37,414 bases of DNA from Coniocarpon cinnabarinum. Its lineage: Eukaryota. Made by a program: the position numbers and the translations under genes. The stretch's first letter is position 1. Every line of letters starts with the position of its first letter. The notes under the pieces were generated by a model. The model worked only from the letters and a program-made list of their open reading frames with translations. It was not told the origin of the DNA and did not search any database. The stretch covers positions 1 through 37,414 of the forward strand of contig JAVECO010000209.1 in the NCBI GenBank assembly GCA_051942205.1. Reading direction: 5' to 3'. This document shows, piece after piece, positions 12,564 to 24,048 of the stretch.

Positions 12564-12725
12564 TGTTATGATACAAGACCACGAATCAGGTGACTTAGTT
12601 ACTGCATTAGGCAGTACATGAGCTCCGGCTAGGGACGGCTCATACTTTTCTCCATAGTCGCTCCTTACATAGTTTTTAACAAATCAACCTTCTCTTCATA
12701 TTGCTCGGAGGCCTGTATCACACCA
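12564..12725 (+). mobile_element. Solo Copia LTR, same family as 4048-4182
   Basis: TGTTATGATACAAGACC...GTATCACACCA aligns with the reverse complement of 4048-4182 and carries ~27 extra internal bases. No PBS or internal domain follows. Confidence 0.85.
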
Positions 12726-13818
12726 GATCAGGTGGCTCTGCGGTTGAAGCAGTGTCGAGACATCGGCTTCCACCCCGACACCTGCCGCCCTCTCACTGCC
12801 CAAGACCTGCAGCAGCAACCATGGCTAGGCGCGTCCTACGCGGCGCTGAACGTAGCGGACCATTCGGTGGAGGCGCAGGTAGAACAGATCGCTGCCCCCG
12901 TACGGCGCCAGGCTGCTTGTGCAGGGCATGTGGCCGACACTCAATAGCTGCTGCCACAACAACTATAGCAGCTATAATTGGCACTAGTACAAGGTGCTGC
13001 CGCAAAGGCGTGAGCTGATGGGTCTGAGTCTTAGCTATAGGCGTTTGCAGCTTCTAGAATGTTGTCATGCGGATATACAAGTATAGGAGATATAACCGTG
13101 GACCTGCTCCTTCTTCGCTTTTTTTATTTTATTTATTGTGTGAAATGTGCTGTTATGCCTTAATCTTGAGTTTTGTTACTACAAATTGCCTAGAGCTCCC
13201 CAGCGCCCCCCAGCGCCCTACTAAAATATTTGAATAGGTCTAACTTGGCAACGTTACACGCAGAGCTTGCTAATGCCGTCCGGTCGACACGTACATTTCG
13301 AAGAACCTATTTGTACTCACAGAAGGATAGTCCGCAGCCGTCCAAAGATGCAGTCACCCTACCCTCCGCCTCTTTACCCTCAGTCTTGTTACTCCGAATA
13401 GGGCCCGCGACCGCCGACGCCAGCTGTGGAGCGTGGTCGAGCCCGTTGTGTCATGTTTATGCTCTTGTGGTGGTAGCAACTGGTCTAAATCATGCGCTAG
13501 GAGGGTGTCGATCTTCCGCTACAGCCACCTCTATAGTGCAAGAAAAGTCGTCTGCTCGAAACTCTAGCTGATTGGACAAGGAAAGGTCTTGACCGGCCCG
13601 TCGAGGCTCGCGTTGAAGCGCCTGTTGATACGATAGCCACACTCTCTGCTCCCCTAGCCCGGTCAATGCTACTGCAGCTTCGCCGACGGCGAACCCGTGA
13701 GTTAGAGCTACACATAGAAACGTGAAGAAGATGATTACGAGTGCGATGGAACCTTGATAGAATGGTATACTTAGTAAAGGCCCACGGTCCGTCTACGAAG
13801 GTTTACTTTCGCTTTTGT

Positions 13819-14636
13819 TCATGCTCCTATTCCCCTCCCTGTCAGTGAATATACCGCCTCCAGGAACCGCGCTCGACGATCTCCAGCTCCCACGATCTCG
13901 CATGCGAGCTCGCCAGCGATGCGGCGCGTGGCCTGCTGCGCTAGTCGACGAGCCGTTGTCAACCACCGCTTCACACGCGTCCCATCTCTCTGGTCTTTGT
14001 TAACTTTGCGCTCACCCACCGTCGCTCCGGCAAGAGAAGCTTGTAGGTCATCTAAGCGTTTTACGAGGTAATTGAAGCGTTCCTCCTTAAGCTTAGATGT
14101 GCGCTCTAGAAGCTCTGCGAGTAACGCAGTGGGCTGCTCTTCTGGATCATGTCCGTTGCACATTGGATAAAAAGCCATTTCTAGATCCGGTAGAGAGTTC
14201 TGTCGCCTGCAGACGCGTCTACCGGCGATCCAAGCTGCGAGGCTAGAAGCGGAAGGCTATAGATAAGGAAAGTTCGCACCAGGTCCGCACGCAAGCAGCT
14301 GCGTCTATGCTGAATGTCGCCGGTGGTGCCTTTGCGGTGACCTTATATTAGAAGAGAATGCCTGGGCGTGTACTCTATCCAGGCGCTGAGCGAGCGTGTA
14401 GAGTTGATGACTGACAGTGCTCAGCCGATGTGACAAGCCCCCCTGCTCGTGCATAGAACTTTGAAGTTGGGCGAGGTAAGTACAGATACTGATAAGTACC
14501 TCTTCACTCTGATAAAGTCTCCCAGAATTCTCTAACTTACGAGACACCTATAACAGTCAGCCGTTCATGTAGCCAGAGAAACGCAAGTTCGTACTGTCGT
14601 AAGGTATACAGTTCCCACGCAGCATCTGTCGGCCAT
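13819..14636 (-). pseudogene. Hypothetical helical/coiled-coil protein gene with two in-frame TAG stops
   Basis: ORFs 14547-14305 and 14178-13819 share one frame, separated only by two TAG codons. A plausible upstream intron GTACGA..GCTGAC..TAG lies at ~14594-14548. No family recognised. Confidence 0.4.
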
Positions 14637-14901
14637 AGTGATCCACAATACCCACAGAAGCAATCCGCAGGTAACCACATGCCCACTGCTGTCGGAATTG
14701 TACTAGACCTGAAAGTCTTTGGACTTCCTTATGTTCTATTCCAAAAAAATGTTCCTTTTTTCTTTTTTCTTTTTTTTAGCGAGTCGCCGAGCCTATACCT
14801 AGACAGAGATAATAGACTAACGAGGCCATTTTAAAGTACTCCGCTCAGGCTTATTTCCTTTTCGTAATTACCGAAGCCGAGTCCCAAAACCAAACATAAC
14901 C

Positions 14902-15631
14902 ATGTTCACTATGTTCTACGTCACGGACTTTTCACGACAATGCGTTATTCTGGCTTTATTTAGTGCAGCGATTGTAGACTACCACGACCTCGAGACACGT
15001 TGCTGGTTTACCGTCTTTCACGGATGCTTTCTCTTGTATTCCCAGACGCCAGCGCCTACAGATTTAATATCGGGAGCTCTCGGTTAGTATTTTGATTTAT
15101 GAATCGAAAACGTTGGTACTAATACTTGAGCATAGCAGCGACAAGCTTGCAGCTGGGGTTGGTATATGTGGCGAGGGATTCGTGGAAGCGACATGCAGCT
15201 ATTGTGACCCTGTCCGTATCCGTCATCTCGTGGAAGGATTACCTCGCTCTCTTCGCCCTGGAAATGAGTTGATTTCACGACCGATGAGTCGCCCAGTCAT
15301 TGTGATTTTTTCCTGTATAGGTATAGTACTTTGGACGGATCCTCTAATATCAAGGTGCTGCTTCGCAACGCCTGCTACTTCCCTTGGCTGCATCGTATGG
15401 ACAGCCTGCGCCCTGTGTACAGCTTTCGGCGCTTCGACGCAACAACAGTTCATGGCAACATTGTTTCCGACCTTATGCCTGCGCTACTTCATCCTCGCAT
15501 CCCATCCATGGTGTGATCTTCTCGCACCAAATATGATGGCTTTAGCCGCGAGTGGAGCACCCAGGCTTCGAGCGCGGCTGCAGATTTGGTTGATGGCGGC
15601 GTCGCAGCAAACACTGGCTGCACCAAGGTAG
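14902..15631 (+). pseudogene. Possible degraded remnant of a ferric-reductase-like (FAD/NAD-binding) gene
   Basis: Ordered weak motifs FYVTDFS...LETRCWFT...LISGALG...AAGVGIC...IRHLVEG...ASGAPRLRARL loosely follow the FRE C-terminal series (HPF.VTSWS, PRRGFT, SGPHG, ASGxGI, LRHLI.G, VSG..LRD.L). An intron-like GTTAGT..TACTAAT..AG lies at ~15083-15130. Confidence 0.25.
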
Positions 15632-15762
15632 ATGCGAGTTACACATGTTAGACATAGATAAAACCTCTAGATTTCGCTGTCTCAGAGCTGCTATTGCACG
15701 GTTCACTTCCGTTTCCCCTCTGCTGAGCTTCGTGTTACACCTGAAACAATTGACGATGTAAA

Positions 15763-17106
15763 ATGAGCACAGACCGTCATGATCCTAAGCGCTTGACGTT
15801 ACTCCAAAACGCGGTGATCGCACAGCCATCACGGCGACAGCTGGCGCGCATACCTTCTGAGCGGCTCCCGGCAGTCAATCATGCACGAATAGCTAACCCT
15901 ACCATTCCGACTAAGGCTGCACTCAAGAAAGAGTACCAGCAGCAGCAGGAAGAGGTCTCGCTTGTCGAACCTGTGCATCCGTTGCCAGCGATTCCAGCCA
16001 GTTTGATGCGATCCGTGGATGCGCGAAGAGTCACCACAGCAAGCAGACATCAGCTCCTTCCGGCAGACCAACAAGGACAGCACAAATGCAATGACGCGTC
16101 ACTAGAGACCACGCGTGCTCGCTCTGCAGGTAACGCCAACCCAAGCAAGGACACCAGTGGCCAGATCGAGCCTCGTCTGACACGGATGGGGATTCTCAGG
16201 CAACAAGGCCAGCAACTGATCCTATGTCACACCTCTTCCGGGCGGCTGATGCAGTTTAGGGAACGTAGCCGGGAGGTGGGGAAAAGGGAGCGCGCTGTGC
16301 TCGAAAGTCTCCGACCGGACGAAAACGTCGTTCAATACCTAACCAGCCTAGAGCGCGGTCCCCACATTTTTTTGGGTTTTGAGTACTGCCGCTTTACACT
16401 TCTGGAGATCATTCACGTATACTTGCCATTACGTCTCTCGCAGATAACGTACATCGCGTACTCGGTTAGCCAGGCTTTTAATGTACAAATCCTAGAAGTT
16501 GAGCTCATATTAGGCTATAAGGTGCTCAGAGTCGCGCGGTTTTTGACCATCACAGGCTGTCCTATGGGCCGCATCGCACTCGAAACGATTCGCTTCGACC
16601 GCGCTTGCCGGCTCAAGTTATGTAAGCTGTGTCTGACTTACACAATCGATAGAGGAATGAAGGAGAGCACTTGAACTTACACAACCACAGTTCTTGACGG
16701 CACGTCGAAAATCGAGCCCACTGAAGCGCTTGCTCTCCTGCTGGTGGACTGTGTCAACCAGCGTCCACACGTCGACGAGGACGACTATGACGCGTTACAT
16801 CAGATGCGCCAGAAGCATGCACAGCAGCGGGTCTTTGGAGTCGACCATGGAGAGCGGGTGGAACACGTCTTAGTCGACTTCATCGAAGTCCTGCTTCAAA
16901 AGCCACACGAGCCGGACATCGCCCGATCGGTGAGTACACTTGGAAATCAAGCAGACGAGCGATTACACTAACGCTTCAGGATACAGCACCGACCGCTCAG
17001 AGAGACGCCGGCATCAGAGATCAAGCTGCCTTACATTGAACTCGCCGGCCTTGAGCTGAGCGTAATATTCGCAGACCAGCCGGCCGATCCGGCTACTACA
17101 CTCTAA
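15763..17106 (+). CDS. Protein-kinase-like (probable pseudokinase) protein; exons 15763-16464, 16522-16621, 16691-16929, 16987-17106
   Basis: ENVVQYLTSLERGPHIFLGFEYCRFTLLEII...LRLSQITYIAYS|VLRVARFL matches kinase subdomains IV-VIa. Three GT..AG introns restore one continuous frame. No VAIK, HRD or DFG motif is recognisable. Confidence 0.7.
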
Positions 17107-17446
17107 TTTGGTTAACATAGATTATAGATACGCGTTAAGCCTCGCTATAGCACTACCTTGTGTTTAAATCCTGTACAGCGTGTACGACTAATACGTTAGA
17201 TGTGTTTTAGAAGGAGAGCGTATAGCCGCATATAATCACATTCTGTAAAGCTCGTTATATTGATCAGGACGCGTACTGCCGGTAGATACGTAGGATATAA
17301 GTCGAATAGCATTTGTTAAAAATAACCCCAACGTATCGATCTAGAAATGCTTTAAATTTGGCGCATCGCCCTAGCCTACGGCTCGACCTGTCTTTTGACA
17401 ATCACAAATACAGCATACACCCTGATCTTTTCCTAAACCACAGAAT

Positions 17447-18167
17447 ATGAATTACTACAGCACCCAAGCCGGGACCAGCGCCTTGGGTCATGGCCCAGAA
17501 GCAAGGAGTATAACGCCAAATAGGGTAGCGAGGTTCCAAGATATGACGCACGCTGCAACCTCCTCGCACGATAGAGACGGCAGCGGCAGCGACCACGAGA
17601 GTCTCTTCACTCTGTCCGCTCTAGCTCAAGAGTGTGATACGATGCGAGCGCGTGCCCTCGCTCATCAGGTCCCGGGTGCGGATACACCGTTTGCAGCCGC
17701 ATGGGAACACACGGTCATGCAGCTCGCTGACGAACGATTTCTCCGCCAGCTGGAGACGGAGGATCGACCCCAAATGCGAGTGAGTCTTGTACAAAGTCGT
17801 CAAGCGCTAGATGCCGCAAGCCAACAGTATCGCCTTCTCGAAGAGAAGATTCTTCGCTGCGCACAGCAAGGCCGTCAACATGATGCCGAACGACGGCATT
17901 TAAGGGCTCGAGTTGGGCAGTTGCAGGCTCAGCTACAAAACGCTTGTCAGGGACATCCGACGACTACGTCCCACGAAGGTCTAAATTCTAAGCAGGTCAG
18001 CGGCTGATAGCCAGAAGTAGCGTCAACAGTAGACTGACCATGGCGATCTGCAGGAACTTCAAGCGCCTAATACTATCGTTGCTCTGCCACGCAGTCGTTG
18101 TTGCTGCGGTAGGGATTTGACTGAGGCGGACGGTGACGACGACGACGCGACAGTGGTCGGTGACTAG
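17447..18167 (+). CDS. Hypothetical coiled-coil protein (exon 17447-17995, probable intron 17996-18053, exon 18054-18167)
   Basis: 186-codon open frame with a Q/R/L/A-rich heptad segment (SLVQSRQALDAASQQYRLLEEKI...LRARVGQLQAQLQ). A GTCAGC..ACTGAC..CAG intron leads to an in-frame acidic tail. Confidence 0.55.
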
Positions 18168-18659
18168 AATACTTACGAGGAGGAAGACTCAATTAAGGTA
18201 GAGATTAACCCCCGGTCTACTCCTAAGAAGTGCTAGCTTTGTAGTTCGAGCACGCAAACATTTGTGTTTTTTCTTGCGCGTGACATAGTTAGGAACGGAG
18301 CTTCCTACCAAATAGCTTTTCTTAACCCGAAATCCAGTATAACTACTGAGCGCATAAAGTCTCCCTCCTTCGCCTAATCTCTAAGTAAAACACAAGAAAT
18401 TCCTATGATGTTCCGCGTGACTTGGTAGTGAAACGTCAGGACCTTCAGCAAGCGCTCTAAGATTCGCTAGTAACAAAAGCAGCTTAGTGTGTTTCGTCCA
18501 GGAATTGCGCCTTCCAACCAAACCCAGTTTCTTTTATACATTCCAGGCCTTTGACATGTTTCATTGTTTTCGTTCAGCAAACACATTTGAGCAAATTCTC
18601 TGGAGCAGGCGCTCGTTCGTCTCTGCAGCAAGCGCTCGTTCGTCTCTCGCGCAAACGCC

Positions 18660-20201
18660 ATGGCCGTCTCTCGCGCAAACGCCCACCCAACTCATCTGGC
18701 CACTCCTTCTGACCAGAGCTCCCCACAACACAGCAAACGGAAACGATTATTTAACGCTAAATCGTATAAAGCATCTTAGTCTACTACTAAAAGACAACGC
18801 ATCAAATCTAAAGAAACTAAGCATTACGCAGCTTAAGAAGATTATCTTTCTTATTAGGTTAAAACTAACACCTAGCCTTAGCTATACAAAGAAATATTAG
18901 AGATACCTAGTATATTAAACAAGAGGAATACAAGTAGTAGCGTTTCTTCGTTAATATACTAGTTATAGAGGTACCACGAACTCGCATAATATAGCATTTA
19001 CGCTAAAGAGCCCCCCTTTCTTTAAACTAAAAGCCGCGAATTTTATAAAGAACTGCTTAAATAGCGCTTTTTAATAGTATATTATACAAATATTCCGCCT
19101 AAAAAATTTAAAGATATATTAGCTTAAGTACAATATCTTAATAAGACATATCTTTAGCGTAATATTACCCTATAGATAGCACCGTCGCCTAAAATTCTTT
19201 GTCTTTAGGGAGAAGCGGGCATAGATAGGCTAGGAGAAGAGTTAAATATAGAATAGAACCGCTATTAGACAATAGAGGGAACATATCTAAAGCCGGATTT
19301 AACCGTTAGCTTAATGCCTTTAGCATTCTTACTAGATAAACTAAAGATACTCTAAAACTATGCCTCGCTATACTATCTATGTTACGTTACACCTAATCTC
19401 TATTTCCCCTTTTTTACTTATAAAGCTAAGTTAAGCTAAGTAGAATTAAACAAGGTAGATAGTTAAAACCTTTATAGCGTAGCTATTTTAGTATAAGCAA
19501 TCTTTTAGCTATATAAGCGCGTATATAGATAGCAATCCTCTAAAATACTTAAAGACTTAGATAGTTATACACTTATATTTTTAATCTCTTACGACGCCTA
19601 TTAAATCTATATATATAGTTACTCTATAGTATATAGAGAGGCAATAATAGTAGCAGAGCTACACTACTACCGCTATTTAATCGGGCTTATAGATCTTAGG
19701 ATATAAGGCAGAAGGGACTATCTTGCTACTTATAATTTTGTCTAAAACATGTACAAGTACTTCGCACCACGCTATTTATCACGTATTTGAGGAGCGGTTA
19801 TAATGCTTGCTTAGTCTTGCTCGCGGAGCCTAGTACCTTCTATAGCATCTAAGTCGGGAGCTAAAGACTTCGAGTCGCAGGATCAGTCAGACGCTGGCTC
19901 ATCCGAAGGCGACCGAGGGCGCAAGCATGTGCGGCGACAGCACAGTAGCGTCGCTGTGGCTACTATGCGAACACAGATGTCTTAGCTAATGGAGCAGTTG
20001 ACGCAACAGCGAGAGGATAGTGCAAAGCAATTAGCTCGTAGCGCAGAGTAATTGGCACAGTAGCGAGAAGACAGTGCAAAACAGATGGCACAACAGCGAG
20101 AGGACAGTGCAAAACAGATGGCACAGCAGCGAGAGGACAGTGCAAAACAACTAGCCCAGCTTGAACAAATCATCGATCTACTTCGCAACAAGCAAGCTTG
20201 A
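18660..20201 (+). pseudogene. RIP-inactivated DUF7924-type (PD-(D/E)XK-like) protein with a C-terminal coiled-coil repeat
   Basis: Single 514-codon frame from ATG 18660 to TGA 20199-20201 with many TAA/TAG stops. It reads LKPDLTVSL (ccg gat 19293-19298), LYFPFFTYKAK (19398-19430; restores to TCEAK), DS*NLYSVA, FLISYD, ATYNFV*NMYKYFAPRYLSRI. Confidence 0.8.
20004..20156 (+). repeat. 33-bp coding tandem repeat (QQREDSAKQ(L/M)A x4 plus a 21-bp partial unit)
   Basis: Units at 20004-20036, 20058-20090, 20091-20123 and 20124-20156, in frame with the 18660 gene. Confidence 0.9.
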
Positions 20202-21192
20202 AAGCTATGCAGGTTAAAAGCTGGAGACTTTCTAAGAATGCTCGTCGTAGCAGTGCAATAGGCGCTATAATCTAAGAGTAAGGTTCCGCCGCCCATTGCA
20301 GCCTGTACGTACTTATTCTAGCAAACTAGAGGCTTACGAATAAAACAGAGCTCAAAAAGGCTAAAAAGGAGCAACTGGCATCGTCTGGTGGACGGGAGAG
20401 AATTTAAAACTTCCTTAGTCGCCAAGCTTACAACTATGGTAACATAGACAAGCCGATCTAGCTGCTAGAGCATGTCGTTAAAGTACGTGAGCAGATGCGG
20501 GTAAAGACGCATTCTAATCCACTTGCTCTTGAGAGATTTTTACGTTCTTACAAACAGTCACCTGTCTAGTACAAATAACTACGATGTTTCTTTTTACTCA
20601 ATATGCACGCGCTCGACAATACTACTTCGTCCAAAATTGAATATAATAAACGCGCGTATATGCACCGCCACACTGGAGCTGCCCGTATCTTTTAGTGCAG
20701 GACGTGTCTCGCCACGCAGGCACAGACATTAGAGGAAATGAGGGAGCGTCGATATAAGCGGTCGGGTGCTGGACGATGCAGATGCTGGTACAGGGTCCGA
20801 TGGTAGGGATAGAGTACAGAGCATGCCCCGTAGCAGACTTCGGAGGACTCGAGACACTGCCCAACATTGAGGGAAGACTTAGCCATAAATGCTAATTTTG
20901 AATATTCACTGCTTGGAAAACCGCGAACCAGTATATCTGTAGACAGAACGTGAGCTATAGAGACGAGCCTCATAACACCATTAGAGGATCGGAATGTCGT
21001 TAACAGTCCACGACTCGCAGAATCGAGCTCTAGCACGCTCACGTGGGTACACGGTGAGTGACTGCTGCCTTGGTGTGTACAATCGAAAGAAGTCACGCCG
21101 GCGTTGACATATTAGAATCTTTATGATACATACTCAATGGGCTCGACTGACCTACGATCTTACGCATTCTCCCTCTAACTACGACACACAAA

Positions 21193-22416
21193 ATGAATGA
21201 TCGTCGCGCCGTTCTTCTTGCAGACGACAGCTGTCAGCAGTCTTTCGACTTCTCTGGCCCTCATCCCTTAGACGCGAGGACATTAATCTTACCTGGTGAG
21301 GACTGGACTCGCCGAGCGATCGGGCTGGCCGCGTCTGAGTACTGCCGCTGCCTGGTTGATCTATACGCTCAGAGCGGCCGTCTTCCCCCCGTGGATGTAG
21401 CTCATGAGTTTGGCCATGATCTCTGCAGCGAGTCCGCTGGACGGCACGCGCCTCCATGGCTCCCTGTGTTCCTGCAGGCGCGCAACGTGCGGCTGCACGA
21501 TACGCCTGAGCCGTGCTTCCACCTAGTTGAGGGTGCCTTGATCCCACTCTGTCACTATCAAGGGTGTCACGAATGCTAGGAGACCCGCAAAGAGAAAGCC
21601 TGGGTCGCAAACCGAGCTACCCGGGCCCATGCTCTACTTACAGGCCTCATCGACATCAGCAACAACCGGCTGGCAGATCCTCGGTGTGCTCTCGAATGGA
21701 CGATGGAGTCCCGCTGGACGCGACTGTCACCTACTGAGGCAGACTCGGACGCAGTCCATGCTCTCTGGTCTGTGGCGCTGCCGTGGCCGGACTTTGTAGT
21801 AGGTTTCAAGTGCTCAGAGTTCACTCCTACGGTCAGAGAGGCCACCGCGAGCGAAGACACAACCCAATGCGATCAGCTAGTTCATAGTGCCTTGGGGTCG
21901 TTCGATCAACTCCTTTGTCCTACAGACGACAGGCTGTTGCATGTCGCTCTGCCGTTCTTTGCAGTGCAAGTGGCAGGACCTTCGGAGGAAGAATACTGGG
22001 AGAAGTTTAATCTGAATCTACACACGGCGGCTTGTGCGATACATTGCATGTGGCGGTTCAACCTATACGCAGGAGCGCAGAGCACGTTCGCGAGCCAGGT
22101 CCGCTTCTTCTCTGCAGTGAGCAGCCCCTCTGGTATCACATTCTGCGTGCACCGTGCAAGTCCTCGCTCAGACGGCATCAGACTGCGCGTCAAGTATCAC
22201 GCATTCCTCCATCTTAAGGGCGATGCCTACACCCACTATCGAACAACCAGTGTCGTCCACTTTATTGTCGAGAAGTATGAACTGCTCGAGCTGCTACCAC
22301 TCCTGCGACGAGCTGTGGCTATTACTATAAAGCAGCTGTCCCATCTAAACCCATGGCACGAGTCCGACGATGATGCTGCTTCCTCTACGGACGAACGGCT
22401 TCCCAGTGCGCATTGA
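21193..22416 (+). pseudogene. Second, divergent DUF7924-type protein with a single premature stop (TAG 21577-21579)
   Basis: ORFs 21193-21579 and 21703-22416 are in one frame with no other stop. Motifs PWPDFVVGF, ALPFFAVQVAG, NLHTAACA, RFFSAV, ITFCVHRA parallel those of the upstream paralogue. The true start may lie further upstream. Confidence 0.65.
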
Positions 22417-24048
22417 CGCGAGCCGCAACGTTCTCAGGTCTAGACTAGAGGTGCTCGATTCAAGAAGGATGAAATGTCTATTCTCAACCGATAAGTCGAC
22501 ACGACATATATATTTCGTAAGTATCCCAGGTTTTCTCAGGCTCTCCTTTACTCAGACCCAGAATACGAGAGGACACAGAGCCCCCGAACTCAGGTATCAT
22601 ATAAAAGGGCTAAGGAGTGGCTGTAGCAACACTTGTTCAATCATCATGACACCACGTTTACCGGCTTTTAGGCACATGAAGTGTCACATAATGTCGTAGC
22701 CACACATACGGACTTGGCGCACAACATTGCGTCTGTCCAGTGCTAAAGAAACACCCCAGACAAAGACCAAGGTCACATGACTATAGCTTTGGTGGACCTT
22801 ACTAGTGGCGTGTGTTGGTATCCTGACACGGCGGCTACATGCCACTGAAGTCATTGCATCACGACATGCTCGGTACCTACGACTTTTCTCGAAAGCATTG
22901 AATCGATTTCTTTCCGCTAGAAAGTCGGATCACAGATTTTTAAACCTATGCGTAATTGTGAAGGGGTCAACGGCGAAGGCGTTGATTATGAAGGATTATC
23001 ACGTGCGCGGCTCAAATGATACGCAACGCGCGCGCGCCACGCCCTCAGGGGCTATGCGTATATTACGCGAGTCGCGCTCGCTCCTTACTTTGCTCTGCAG
23101 AGACTATCTTGTATACATGCTAAAGAATCATCCTTTTCGCTGTCAAACCTAAGCTTTTCGCGCATATACTGTTGGCTCCGGCTAAGCTAACCTCACAGTG
23201 CTAGCATGATTTGCCAGCCTGAGAGCGAAGATAGGGAGCAACGGTGAGAAGGAGTGTGCAAGCATCAGCGTAACACACGGGATTAAAAGCGGATGATAGA
23301 TGCTATAAACAGCTCCATCCATTCTCTTGCTATCCTCTTCTTCGACGTTTCGTACGAAGAGTAGAATCTTCGTCTGTCGATACTCTTGTGTCATGCTCAG
23401 CAAGATTGAGGAGGCATTACGCGTACTTTATGCCCGCTAGGCCTTCGAGAAGCCGGTTATCATGTTTTACTTCTTAGGGAAGTTGCTGCTTCGGGGAGCT
23501 CCTTCTCGATACAGGAATGCAATACGGGCTATCAGGTTAATTTTGTGTGGTGATCATTCGTGTTGTGCAAAGGAAGACGTCTCCTGCTGCTCGCGCGGCA
23601 AAAATTACGATATATTTGCACTCGCAACAAGTAGAGACCTACCGCATCATTAAATTATTCACACACGATCGATACTAGAAGTGGTGCGAGTGATACTAGC
23701 AGAAATCGGCTTGGAAACCTTGCGCCAGTACTCACTGCAACAAAGAAGTTTTGCAACAGTTACGACCTCCTAGGACACGGTTGACATTCTTGAGTAGCTA
23801 TAGAAAGCAGACAAAGTTTGCCGATGATAAATGACGCCGTGGCATGTAGCTTCATCTATGTAGCTGAACAGGAGCATTTGTAAACAGATCCAACTTCTAT
23901 CTAATGAGTGATTGGTACCTAAAAACTTGAGATAGGGTACAATAAGTTGTACTCGGCATGCAGCAGCATTCGATTTGATGCGGCAACTCGCCACTCAATT
24001 GTCAACTCTGGAAATTTTTGGCATCATCAACGCTAGGGAAGCCTGTCA

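Noticed and set aside
12701..13018. GC-rich overlapping ORFs next to the solo LTR
   Set aside because: One starts within the LTR; no recognisable domain or splice structure.
18608..18682. Short direct duplications (gcgctcgttcgtctct; cgtctctcgcgcaaacgcc) around the 18660 start codon
   Set aside because: Real, but most simply local slippage duplications with no evidence of function.
18487..18900. 137-aa ORF
   Set aside because: Alternative frame overlapping the 18660 gene, whose frame carries the family motifs.
20004..20156. 33-bp repeats as a CRISPR array
   Set aside because: Head-to-tail coding repeats without unique spacers, in eukaryotic intron-containing DNA.
22417..24040. Several short ORFs
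   Set aside because: No consistent frame, motif or intron pattern; treated as intergenic or decayed.
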